A DNA stretch of 32,502 bases from NCBI GenBank assembly GCA_032718475.1, contig JAUCBJ010006031.1:1-32502 (forward strand), in the 5' to 3' direction. This document shows positions 1-10,955 of this stretch, in pieces. Within the stretch, counting starts at the first letter, position 1, and the number at the start of each line of letters is the position of its first letter. The notes beneath the pieces were generated by a model. The model worked only from the letters and a program-made list of their open reading frames with translations, searched no databases and was not told the origin of the DNA. The position numbers were made by a program, and so were the translations under genes. Origin of the DNA: Nemertoderma westbladi. Lineage: Eukaryota; Animalia; Xenacoelomorpha.

Positions 1-282
1 TTATGTCATATGTTGGATTAATTGGTTTGTTGTTGCAGGTTGTTATTAATTTGCTGGCAATTACCGATATTGGCAATTTAAACTGTATATAATTAAAAAT
101 AATATAGGAGGCCTACTTACAAATATTACCAACAATATCGCTGAGTAATATTACCATAAATAGATAACTCTTACGAAGCTAACATAGGTTCAAATTACAT
201 TATATAATCATACTGTATAGTGTTTTTAATCTCGTTTTTAATGGTGTAACTCGTAATGACTTTTTTTAAAACTTCGTCAGGT

Positions 283-556
283 TATCAATGATGCCCCAAT
301 GTATGATGTAATTGATAATTGAAAGCAATCCTTCGAGGTATCAATGTTGCCCCCACCTATGGGGCAACATTGATAACTTTTTAAGAAAAAAAATATATAT
401 AATGTTACCAACTTGAAACCAAAAATTTAACTAAAGAATATAGCCAACATGTACATTGGTATATTAAGCTATTGAAAATGTTACTAACTGTATTACATTT
501 TTACACACAGCCAAAAAAAAGGATGAAAACTATCAATGTTGCCCCTGTTGACGGTA
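283..556. mobile_element. Right end of a Tc1/mariner (pogo-like) non-autonomous element
   Basis: Motif TATCAATG(T/A)TGCCCC at about 283, 339 and 531, plus an inverted copy (GGGGCAACATTGATA, 361). Terminus ...GCCCCTGTTGACGG followed by TA at 555-556 fits a TA target. Left end not identified. Confidence 0.5.
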
Positions 557-805
557 ATTACAGACAATATCTCCTGGTGCATTATTTCAACTTGATATGC
601 CACATTTAAACTAGCCTCTGGCAAACTAATATAAAATTACGAAACGAAACAAAGGTAATAAAACGGCAGGGCAGTACAGTAATTAATTACCTACTGCAGC
701 ACCGCACCGGTGCGGTACAGTACAGCAGTACCCAAATCTAGGCCTATTGCAGGACATAATTCAAATATCCCGCCTATTCATGGTATCATAGCAACAACAA
801 CAGCT

Positions 806-1213
806 ATTAATTACGACGGTCGATCTGCGGTTCCAGTATTTAATTACGACGGTCGATAATGTCAACATTAATAACGACGGTCGATCTGGTTCCAGTATTT
901 AATTATGACGGTCGATAATGTCAACATTAATAACGACGGTCGATCTGGTTCCAGTATTTAATTACGACGGTCGATAATGTCAACATTAATAACGATGGTC
1001 GATCTGGTTCCAGTATTTAATTACGACGGTCGATAATGTCAACATTAATAACGACGGTCGATCTGGTTCCAGTATTTAATTACGACGGTCGATAATGTCA
1101 ACATTAATAACGACGGTCGATCTGGTTCCAGTATTTAATTACGACGCACGATAATTATCAGCATTTAATTACGACGGTCGATAATTTACAGTATTTAATT
1201 AGTGACGGTCGAT
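806..1213 (+). repeat. 59-bp tandem repeat, about 6 copies plus degenerate tail
   Basis: Unit TAATTACGACGGTCGATAATGTCAACATTAATAACGACGGTCGATCTGGTTCCAGTATT; each unit is a dimer of ~30-bp halves sharing ACGACGGTCGAT. Confidence 0.95.
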
Positions 1214-1294
1214 GTTGGTAGCTCTATCGACCGTCATAAAATTATATCGAATTAAAATACCAAAAGTATGCCATAGCTATCGGTCTCAACACTA

Positions 1295-2201
1295 ATGTTG
1301 GTCGATAGTGGAGCAGCGTTCATGCTAACGGAGGGTTGGGTGGCCGAAAAGATGGCGGTAACCACTATCTCGAGAAAAGGCGAGGTCTTGAAGATGAGAA
1401 CGGGGCGTTGCAAAATATCAGCGATAACACCAGGGTGCGATTATGGGGCGACCATCGATCCCATTCAAATAATAGAATCGATTAATATAAATGCCAGGCG
1501 GCCCACAAAGATTGAGGTTGAGCAATACCGGTTCCTGGATGATATCGATTTCTCCGTGCCTGAACTGGACATCCCGAAAGTATCTCTCATAGTCGGCATG
1601 GACTGCCCGACGGCCCACGGGAGACTACGGGCTGTGTTCGGAGAGGATGGAGGGCGAGGCCCGATGTCGATTCTCACGCCATTTGGATGGACACTCAGTG
1701 GCCCAATCAAGTCTAGAATTCCGTTTAGCGTGTCGGAATCCTCAGGGTAATGACTAGACTAGTAGGACGAGACTTTAGATGGATCTTACTGACATGATGT
1801 ACACATGCGCGGGACCCGACGGGAGTGTGGAGAGTGACAGCGGGAACGGTTTGAGAATGAGGGTATAAGAGAGTGAAAGGAGTGCAATTCAAGTGTGGGG
1901 AGCGAGCACGGGGGAGGATGAGTCCCAAGGGAACTAGTGAGTGAGGAAAATTTGAGAAAAATTGTGCAGAAAGTGAGGACAATGATCTCAACAGAGACAC
2001 CAGATACCTCGGTGCAACATAGCTCGCGATTGCAGCAAGGATGGGTAGTAACAACACACCCATGGGGGCCGGTCTGGAAAGCCGACCCCGAGAAGAAAAC
2101 TCCACCCCACATCCAATATTAGATTGGGTTCCAGCAGAATTGAAGCGCACTTGAGGTTGATGCTATCTTCTCACCGGGAAGATAGCTTGGGGTGGAGTGA
2201 G
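1295..2201 (+). mobile_element. BEL/Pao LTR-retrotransposon internal remnant (aspartic protease; possible decayed integrase C-terminus)
   Basis: ORF 1295-1750 has LVDSGA (protease DSG motif), LIVGMD and TPFGWTLSGP, typical of Pao peptidases. Downstream GWVVTTHPWGPVWKAD weakly resembles the Pao integrase tail. No RT or RNase H seen. Confidence 0.75.
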
Positions 2202-2849
2202 TGTAAGCGGATTCAATTCCCTACATTACCCACCCAAAATGGGACCAGTGGCATTTTACCAATATAGTTGGCGATGCGAGATTACCAATAATAATCTCGC
2301 CTCATAACCAACTCGGGGGGGGGGGGGGGGGGCGACACACGCCCTAAGCTACAGAGAGAGGTGACAGGTCAAACCACCTCAGAGGTACAACACAGCTAGC
2401 GAGGCTAGCACCAGGGAGTAACACCTACAGGGCGTGGCGAACTGACAATTATATATAAACCAATAGCGGGCAAGGAAGCACGTGGGGAAGGACAGGAGGG
2501 CATCCATTGGGTACCAAAGGCCACAGTAGCGTAGAGGTGAAACCAATATGTATCAATCATATATTTACTCTAGTTACTGCTTTACCGGTCAGTTGATTAT
2601 CACACAGTTGCGGACCGGCATAGTTTTCATATATAGATTTCATATGTGCTGCTGTCGTCATTTATGCTATACTGATTATTGTTACTATACCTGTATACAT
2701 CTGACTGTGCTATTATTTCTGAGATCATTAACACTGAGAAACAAACTCTGTTATTTTCCCCAACGGCCTTCGGCCAAAGATACTAGCCCAGCAGCCAAGT
2801 GACACGTACAACCCTACCCGGTCGGGATCTGAGAGTCGATACCATCACA
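2202..2849 (+). mobile_element. Putative 3' LTR of the BEL/Pao element
   Basis: Purine-rich tract GGGGTGGAGTGAG directly precedes TGT at 2202; TATATATAAA at about 2450; ends ...ATCACA at 2849 exactly where an unrelated repeat starts. No partner LTR in the window. Confidence 0.55.
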
Positions 2850-3745
2850 GTTTGTGTCCCAAATAGCGTGTGAATTTCTCAAAATGATTTTACATAGTTT
2901 ATAAATATAATGGAATACTCAAAAGAAAAGAAAATTCACTTTTGTCCCATATAGGGTGTTTGTGTCCCCAATAGCGTGTGACTTTCTCAAAATGATTTTA
3001 CATAGTTTATAAAGGAAAAAATATTATTTTTATTATTCCATTATATTTATAAACTATGTAAAATCATTTTGAGAAAGTCATACGCTATTTGGCACACAAA
3101 CACCATATATGGGACTAAAACAACCTATTTGGGACAAATTTAAATTAAACCTATGATAGTGAATTATATTTTCTTTTGAGTATTCCATTATATTTATAAA
3201 CTATGTAAAATTCTTTTGAGAAATTAACACGCAATTTGGGACACAAACACCATATATGGGACACAAACACCCTATGGATGGGACATAAACAACCTATTTG
3301 GGACAAATTTAAATGAAAGCTATTATAGTGAATTCAATATTATTTTGAGTATTCCATTACATATAGAAAATATTTGAAATCATTATAAGCAATTCACACC
3401 CTATACGGGACAAAACAACCTATTTGGGACAAATTGAAACTAAAGTTATGGTAGTGAATTCTATATTCTTTTGAGTATTCCATGAGATTTATAAACTAAT
3501 TAAAATCATTTTGAGAAAGTCACACGCTATTTGGGACACAAACACACAAACACCCTATATGGGACACAAACAACCTATTTGGGACAAATTTAAATGAAAG
3601 CTAGACAGTGAATTCTATATTCTTTTGAGTATTCCATTACATTTCGAAACTATTTGAAATCATTATAAGCACTTCACACCCTATACGGGACACAAACACC
3701 CTATATGGGACACAAACAACCTATTTGAGTCAAATTTAAGATTTA
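2850..3745. repeat. Complex 125-170-bp satellite arranged as two inverted arms
   Basis: 3034-3745 has about 5 units starting TATTCCAT (3034, 3181, 3350, 3476, 3630) with a variable number of GGGACACAAACACCCTATAT subrepeats; 2850-3013 is the same sequence in reverse complement. Confidence 0.85.
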
Positions 3746-3853
3746 TTAAGGACTATTTGGGATGAAGTTGAGTCTGGGGGAGGAGGTTGCGATGTCACTA
3801 ATTTGATTGTCATTTAATTATTATTATACAAATGTATTTAGATTTATTATAAG

Positions 3854-3944
3854 TGAATAAATTGCACCACATGAATAAATTGCACAATGAATAAATTGCA
3901 CAACATGAATAAATTGCACAATATGAATAAATTGCACAACATGA
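3854..3944 (+). repeat. ~18-bp minisatellite, 5 copies
   Basis: TGAATAAATTGCACAACA and variants in tandem. Confidence 0.9.
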
Positions 3945-4681
3945 AATTAAATAACGTGACTATGATGACACTATAGCCTATAATGCATCACAGTCTTACA
4001 GGCCATTTGCAAGGCACCCACAGTATATCTTTAACCATAACTAGGGAACAAGTATTCCAAATGCCCTTATTTAGAATGGGAATTTCCACTGTACATATAC
4101 CTGCTCTTGTCCCAAATACATTGCTCTGTCCAGTATAGGTTGTTATAATGAGCCCCGGATTCGTAGTTGACACTTGGATTATATATCAGTGGAATTTTCC
4201 ATTAACCTTTACATTATATAGCCAATAAGGGAGATGCCTAACTTTAGGAATGTTGGTATTGGTCCGATGACGAGGAGTTGGCTCATATGATGATTTGATT
4301 GGATGCCCCTATATTGGACAGGTTGGAAATCATTACACAACGTATTTGGGACAGGTAGGAATAATAGAAAGCCCCATAGAAGTGAAGGGAAACACCCTAT
4401 TCTGGACAATGATGTAGACACTACTCAATATTTTACCAGGGCAAGTCTGGAGCCGGACAGGGCAAACCCGGCCCGGATAGAGGAATCAACAAACTTTGAA
4501 AAGGAGTGGTTTGCTGTGGACGTAGCTGAATCAACAAACTTTTGAAAAATGTATTAGTGGTTCACCATGGGCATAGTGGAATCTTCAAAGTTTGAAAAAA
4601 AAGTATAAGTGGTTCGCCATGGGCATAGGGGAATCGACCAAAAAATTTCTTACCACTGTGCCTCAAATGTGATATTACCGG

Positions 4682-4898
4682 CTACATATATTGATGATTA
4701 TATGAACAGGACGAGCGCAGCGAGGCTTAAAATGGATACGAGTAATATGTTAACTCCCCGAAAAAATCAGGTCTAGTACAGTAGTACTTGAGTGATATAT
4801 TATTTTCATCAGAACTATTAGTGGAATGTTGTAGGCCTAGGCTACATACGTATATTGATGATTATATGAACAGGACGAGCGCAGCTAGGCTTAAAATG
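4682..4898 (+). repeat. ~55-bp dispersed direct duplication
   Basis: GCTACATA..TATTGATGATTATATGAACAGGACGAGCGCAGC(G/T)AGGCTTAAAATG at 4682-4734 and 4842-4898. Confidence 0.85.
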
Positions 4899-5189
4899 TG
4901 TTAAGAGGCAGACCGAGCAACCAGACTAAAGTAAAAGATTAAGTATGGTATTTGTTTCTATTTTGTTCTGTTGTTTAAGTTGTTATAATTAACTTTTTAT
5001 AAATAATTTACAACTTGATAATTTAAAACAGTTTATAGCTTACACTGTTACTAGCACAAAGTTATAGTTTATAGAGGAGCTATGGGAGGCATGTTACCCG
5101 GTATTTCCCGCTACCAGCATATGCCTACTGGCGTACTGGTACCGGTATAGGCCTACTGACGTACCGGTACTTAGTACCGGTACCGAACG

Positions 5190-5349
5190 TGAATTAAACT
5201 TTTCGAAAAGTGGCCTATAACGACCGCTGGCAGGCTGGTTAAAGTTATACACACATGCCAAGTTCCAGCGCAATCCCTCTGTCCGTTTTGGAGGAGTTCG
5301 AACACAGAGAGAGAGAGAGAGAGAATTTGATTTTTATAGGTATATATAT
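5190..5349 (-). mobile_element. Possible 5' part of a non-autonomous Helitron-like element
   Basis: Minus strand reads ATATATATACCTATAAAAATC, (CT)n, GAACTCCTCCAAAACGG...GAACTTGGCATG, a layout common in Helitron-derived repeats. It starts where P-transposase similarity stops. 3' end not found. Confidence 0.3.
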
Positions 5350-6122
5350 TATCGCTGGTCGTTTGGAAAGGAGCGCGGTTTGGATACCGAGATCGCTGGA
5401 AACCAAAGGATGTCTGAATATTAACAAAACTCCAAAATTTTAAAATTATCTCAAGAAATTGAGCAGTTTTTCGCATAGGCCTAGATACATTCGAAATTGT
5501 GTTGCCCTCAAAGCAGCTATACTCGGGTTTCCGGTTCGGTACACAAAATGTCTAGGCCTATTTTTTCTTTATCCTTACCGGTAACCCAGATGTCGCGACT
5601 CAGACTGTCAGAGATGGCAATAATTACGCCTGGAAGTTGAGTTCTTTAAGGTCAATTGATTTTATTATATCCGAACTAATAAAATCTTCTAGTTGTTCAA
5701 TCTCGGGATAGCTTTCTGGCTTTGCGTGTTTCTAAACTCGATCGTGAAGTTGTTCGCGGTTTCGGTGGTGGAGTTGGAACTTGGAACATTAGAGGAGGTG
5801 CGCCTGGAAACAAAGAAGGGGATTCAGGGGGAACTTTAAAACGATTACCACTCTGTTTCACCCGCACACCATCCGGAAAATGCTTCTGGCATACACCCAT
5901 CCCTGCATCCATCACCCATGTTGCATGTAATATTTGCCGGATTTATTACATTCGGCAAACTGCAAACGGGTAGGCCTAAGCCATAACTGCAGTTCATCGG
6001 GATCCTTTGGGAAACTGAAACTGTAGATAGATAGTTATTCGCTCGCCCTCGGAAGTTGAACTTTCGGCCTTCTAAGTAAGATATCCAGATCGGCAATATC
6101 CAACAGACCATTTTCTTCCCAT
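5350..6122 (-). pseudogene. Decayed, internally deleted P-element/THAP9-like transposase
   Basis: Joining frames from ATG 6122: MGRKWSVGYCRSGY...SFPKDPDELQLWLR..SLPNVINPANITCNMGVCQKHFPD...VPPESPSLFPG is a THAP C2CH domain with the first Cys changed to Trp, a stop and frameshifts. 5476-5350 TAQFLEIILKFWSFVNIQTSFGFQRSRYPNRAPFQTTSD resembles the conserved TA.F..I...WW...NV motif of P transposases. Confidence 0.8.
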
Positions 6123-6462
6123 ATTAAGATATTAACAAACTATCAAATAATAGTGAGAGAAAGAACACAGGTACTGCAGTACTGGAATAGCCATTATTTG
6201 GCCCTACTCAAGGCCATCTAAACAACAGGCCATGACAAGGACCTAGCCTTCATAATTATCGTAGGCTGACTGTGCTGATTATGGTACCTAACATCCTAAG
6301 CTATACTGTCAGACTGTTAGGTATATTGGGGTGGGGTTAGGAATAATCCATTTGTTTTAGCATTGAATCCCCTTATTTATTAGGCCTATAAAACCATTGC
6401 AGCATTGGAAATATTCGCAAATCTGCAACTGCTGCTCCATTACTGTCTGAAACGCTCCCGAC

Positions 6463-6919
6463 AGTCCGATGTATCTGGACCCGAGCAGCCGAGTTGCTAC
6501 AAGAGGTGATTAACGGAGGAATACTACGGAATTGCTTGTTTGTCAGTACGATTCTATTTGGGTATTTACTACACTCAGACACAGGACAGAGACTCGACGA
6601 GGATTTCGATCAGAGTTTAGCGGCGGCCCGGATCCTGGGATCGCCTGGGGTAAATGGTTGAACGTCGGGCAGACGTGTGTCGCACTGGATTTCGTTCTCT
6701 GCGACGCGAAAGTGTGAGGCGAATTCGTTGTCGAATTGTGTCGGAAGCTGCGGGAATTCTACTGGTAGGTATACGGGAGTAAACCGCAGCGGTCCGGTGA
6801 CTACGGATGGATACTGGGATAAGCAGGTATTTCGATCGAGTTTCTCATATTCTCGATGCTCGAGGCTCTTGGTTGACGTGTTGGGCGGAGATACCGATAG
6901 CTCTGACGATCTGTTTATA
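6463..6919 (+). pseudogene. Class-3 aldehyde dehydrogenase (ALDH3-like) internal fragment, disrupted
   Basis: Collinear motifs SPMYLD (cf. KSPCYVD), IAWGKWLNVGQTCVALDFVLC (cf. [21 protein letters not shown], catalytic Cys), LREFY..YGSKPQRSGDYG (cf. LKEFYGEDAKKSRDYG) and VLGGDTDSSDDLFI. Stops at 6715 and 6766, frameshifts, no N- or C-terminus. Confidence 0.85.
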
Positions 6920-7308
6920 ATTATGTTTTTTTGTTATTGTTATTTATTTATACTCGGAATTGGAGGAAGTCGACATTGATGAAGTGGTGTATTTTGTATT
7001 ACATTTTTATATTTCTTATACAACGCCCTTGCCCTACAACGAATGTAACGCCCTTGTCATCTTGTGTAAAACTGTATTTACACTTTGCAGCCGATATTTT
7101 TATATTATTAACAACTGGCTGACTGGGCTACAGCTAGTCTAGTGCCATCTGATTATTTAAACAAATGTTCAATTCTATCAAACATATTAAATAATTGGTA
7201 AAATCACACCAGATAAAGATACTGAGCTTATGATAAAAAGATAGGCCAAACTTACAATTTCCAAATAGATTGTTCATATTATAAATATATTTTTGGTATT
7301 TGATTTCA

Positions 7309-7548
7309 AGATAGGGGGGGGGGGGGGGGGGGGGACTGGACGCAATAAAAATTCATCCCTCTCCAGGGGAAATTCGACGCAAATAACAGCTGATTACTCT
7401 CAAAAATAAAACTGTAACCTGTTCTATTGTGTTTAGTTTATTGTTTTGGTTAAAATAACGTGCCACTGTAACCTGCTCCTTTCCCTAAATTGAGAATTTA
7501 ACATTGAGGCGGGATATTAATTCGCCAAGATGGGATTTGCGTCCAGTC

Positions 7549-7579
<31 letters not shown>

Positions 7580-7585
7580 TGTCTC
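7309..7585. mobile_element. 277-bp MITE, Mutator-like, with poly-G/poly-C TIRs
   Basis: AGATA(G)nACTGGACGCAA ... TTGCGTCCAGTCT(C)nTGTCTC; direct repeat TTGATTTCA at 7300-7308 and 7586-7594 (9-bp TSD). Confidence 0.7.
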
Positions 7586-8295
7586 TTGATTTCACTAAAA
7601 AATATAATACATTGCATTTTACTGTTATAATTACTGCGATTAATTACTGTTTATGAAACCGTGCTAAGCACGTTGAACTGGAGCTCTAACAATTCCCCCC
7701 TAGCGGCAGACAGGAACTGTAAAAGTCTCTGCAGAATTTCTAATTAAGCAATGCTCTTAGGTAACTACTACTAAATTTCGATGAATCTGATGGTTGGTTC
7801 TATAATTACTGCTATTTTTACGTTTCTGTAAATTTGCCCCCCTAGCGGTAGACAGATGAACTGTAGAAGTCTGTCTGTGTGTAGAATTTCTAATTTTTTT
7901 GTAGACTACAAGTGTACCAAGTTTGGTTCCATTTCATCCATGATTGATAGACCTTATTAGCGTACAAACATTCCTTGCCACAAACTCGAGCGATAATTAA
8001 TTATTAAATACTGTTTCAATTAAATTCTTTACGAAAATCTAGTTATCTTCTTTTAAATATGGACCCTGTATTCGTGGAAAATATAATATTTGATAATTCA
8101 GCAGTCAGCCTACGATAATTTTGCAGGCTAGGTCCTTGTCATGGCCTGTTATTTAGATGGCCTGGCCTTGGCCCTACTGCATTACGCATTATCCAGTCAG
8201 TAATCATGCAGGCTAATCTGCATTCTACTGTTACACTGTAGCAGCAGCATTAAAAAAAGTCGGCCCATACGATTTTGAGTCAGGCAGTCGGCTGC

Positions 8296-8320
8296 CAGGC
8301 CTGTCTTTTAGTAGGCCTTG
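8296..8320 (-). mobile_element. 5' TIR of the THAP-encoding P-like host element (element extends left to at least 5350)
   Basis: Minus strand CAAGGCCTACTAAAAGACAGGCC matches the nested element's TIR CAAGGCCATCTAAACAACAGGCC at 19/23 positions. It is about 230 bp upstream of the THAP ATG once 6209-8170 is removed. Other end not found. Confidence 0.6.
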
Positions 8321-8350
8321 GTGGTAAGTCTACGATCACTATCAACTATA

Positions 8351-8710
8351 ATGGCTCAAGTTATTATCCAGTATATTGTTATCCGAAGTGATTTGATATC
8401 TGCAATGAATTGGCCAAAAGGTGCCGTAATTGCTCAAGCCTGCCACGCATCTACCGCAGTTATACACCTTCATAGAGATGATTTAAATGTACAGCAGTAT
8501 CTGGCAAACCTTGATTCTATGACTAAGGTTGTTCTACAAGTCGACAGTGAAGCCAGTCTGGTCAAGCTCTCAGAGAAGTTAAACGCAAACAACATATCTC
8601 ATAAACTCTGGATAGAACAACCAGAAAACATTCCTACCTGCATAGCCACAAAACCTGAACTTAAAGATGTTGTAAAGCTACACTTTAAAGGTGTTAAACT
8701 CTTCACATAA
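8351..8710 (+). CDS. PTRHD1: Putative peptidyl-tRNA hydrolase PTRHD1 (PTH2 family), 119 aa, single-exon CDS
   Basis: QYIVIRSDL...WPKGAVIAQACHAS...DSMTKVVL...HKLWIEQPENIPTCIATKP are hallmark PTRHD1 motifs. First ATG is 8351; the ORF-track start at 8318 is a TTG inside the transposon TIR. Confidence 0.93.
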   Translation: MAQVIIQYIVIRSDLISAMNWPKGAVIAQACHASTAVIHLHRDDLNVQQYLANLDSMTKVVLQVDSEASLVKLSEKLNANNISHKLWIEQPENIPTCIATKPELKDVVKLHFKGVKLFT

Positions 8711-10019
8711 TCTGCTGTTAATCTCGCAATATTTTTTATGTCAATGGAATACCTAATTCAATTGAATTCCGTTATATCTCTCTATATCAGTATATTTCTT
8801 TATTTCGATTTATTTTCTTATTTAAATAGCTAGGTCTATAAACAACCTATACTGAGCTATATCAGTATACAAATACACTGTACAGGTATATGTTTCCTGT
8901 GGTCCAACCGTAAAATCCTGACCACCCCCATCCCTCCCCTATAAGCTTGTGTTGGGTATACCAATACCGGTACACATGTACTTGATTCTTACAGTTGCCT
9001 TTCTAACCCGCTGGACGAAGATTTTATCATGTTTCACCATTAAAGATTTCTCATATATCAATTGGTTTCCATCTAAACTTATTTAATTATTGAATAGGCC
9101 TAGTTGAAAATCATAAGAAGCGAGATAATTAGACGAGAGGTCGAATCTGTTTAATGAACCACAATATCGAGAGGATGAAAGGCAATTGAAGAATAAAATG
9201 TAAATATTAGATGAAAACTAAGCTATTTTTAAATTCAATGATGTACTATATTAACATTGGGCACGGACTGGTCACCTATTGTTTTTCATTGTAATTAATA
9301 ATATCTTATATTATTGTCTACCGGTAATCAATTTTGTCAAATAAATGAATTTAGAAATAATAATATGGTGCTGGCTATTTAATATTTAATAGGATATTAC
9401 TATTTATATCATAAAACATAAAATAATATTTATGTGTTTTATTATTAAATAGTTTAACTTTCGTAATATTACAGTACAGTATTACTAAATTACTACAAGT
9501 ATTAAATTCTGTATAGTAGGTGCTTACTGAGGCCTTTAAGTCAATACCTTCGGCAGTTTGGTAAAGAGACGAGTAGTATTTTTGATAGAGCACCAGCCCT
9601 ACTCAGAAGTCCCATCACAATACATTTGCTGATCGTATTTGTCAAATTTAGCTCTAGAACTACTTGCCAAAAACAGTCTATACAAAATACAACAGGCCTA
9701 AGTTGAAGTAATGCAGGTGAAAAGTAAACAGTCGGCCATTATTTCGATAGCTGTTTCAGGTACCTGAAGGTGGGGTTGGTGCTACTCATATCCCACGTTT
9801 TGATTTAACGTAATTCAACTGGTCCTATCGACCCCAGTGGATGAAAGGCTGAGAGGATCCTTTTTTTTTGTAGTGAGCAAACATTTTCATATATATTTTG
9901 AAGTTGACCTTTTTGGGCCACCATGCAATGATAGGCGTAGGGCCAGTGCCTAATAGCGGTATGTTTGCTATGTTTTATTTAGTACTGTGGGGCGCGAGCC
10001 ACGAAAGTAAGCGAGCTTA

Positions 10020-10955
10020 CTAGGACTACTACTACTAAGATCGGCAAGGTGCATTGCAGCTGCATTTTTCAGAATGTTGCGCCAGATTATCGACAAAATT
10101 GCGCCGCCACAACTTCCTATCGCCCATGACATTTGCTAGATCATCCGCATCTTCAAGGCCATTGTCCTTTAAGATGCGTCTCAAGAAAGTCACGGGCTGT
10201 CCACCATGCTTATTCACTCCATGAGGCTACCAAAGTACAAGATTATGCACTGGCTGGTCCTCATGGCGAAAGCAATGTCCTGCAAAGCGGGGGCGGCTTT
10301 GTTCTAGTGTCAATGAGGAACCAATGAGACACCTCCAATGTTATATAGTGTCTGGTTGGAGATGTGTGCATTGTACTTGACACAGTGAACCCGGCGTAGC
10401 ATTCTTGTGAATGTGCCATCCAGAGATTTGGTTTCCTCTGCAGTTTGAACCAAGTATGGACTCCCACAGAGGAGTACTGGAACTACTGCTGCTCTAAATA
10501 ATCGGACCTTAAGTTTCCGATTAATTCTACTTGACTTCCAAATCCTGGAGAGCCCATTCAATGCTGCCCTTGCCTTTCGCGTACGTATTCGAAGGTCTTC
10601 ACCTGACTTCCGGATCCATGATCCCGTAACAGAAGTCGTCCACATGCTCAAGCATACCATCCTTTAAGCTTATGCTCATCCGTTCAGAGACTTGCTGAGG
10701 ACTTTCAAAGTTAACTGTCAAAATTTTGGTCTTTTCGGAGTTAATAAAGAGACAAACACTAGAAGCAGCCTGTTCTAATGAGCTGAGGAGCCGTTGGGCT
10801 CCGTCTTGTGATTCTGAGAGTAGGCCTACTCCTAAGTCATCAGCAAAGTCTAGATCAGTTAGGTACTTGGCAGGATTTATTCGACTTCTGGAGCCAGTAG
10901 GTGGAGTTACCATCACCCCATCATCATTATGTTGATCTAAGGATATGCGTAGAAC
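10020..10955 (-). mobile_element. 5'-truncated RTE-clade LINE (RT C-terminal half), frameshifted
   Basis: LTDLDFADDL, INSEKTK, VDDFCY, IWKSSRINRKLKVRLFRAAVVPVLL; (TAG)n-like 3' tail at 10020-10037; 11-bp TSD AAGCGAGCTTA at 10009-10019 and 10956-10966. Confidence 0.92.

Larger units (their letters stand above)
6209..8170. mobile_element. Non-autonomous P-element-like TIR element carrying cargo
   Basis: ~64-bp TIRs CAAGGCCATCTAAA(C/T)AACAGGCCATGACAAGGACCTAGCCT...ATCGTAGGCTGACTG at 6209-6272 and 8102-8170 (right copy has a 5-bp AGGCC duplication); perfect 8-bp TSD GCCCTACT at 6201-6208 and 8171-8178. Confidence 0.9.

Noticed and set aside
806-1213. Repeat-spacer pattern resembling CRISPR
   Set aside because: Only two linkers alternate, so it is a dimeric tandem repeat.
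3988-4420. Coding-like composition, possibly a decayed retroelement
   Set aside because: No convincing motif in the frames I read; needs BLASTX.
9820-9856. SINE-core-like ATCGACCCCAGTGGATGAAAGGCTGAG
   Set aside because: Too short; no A/B boxes or tail found.
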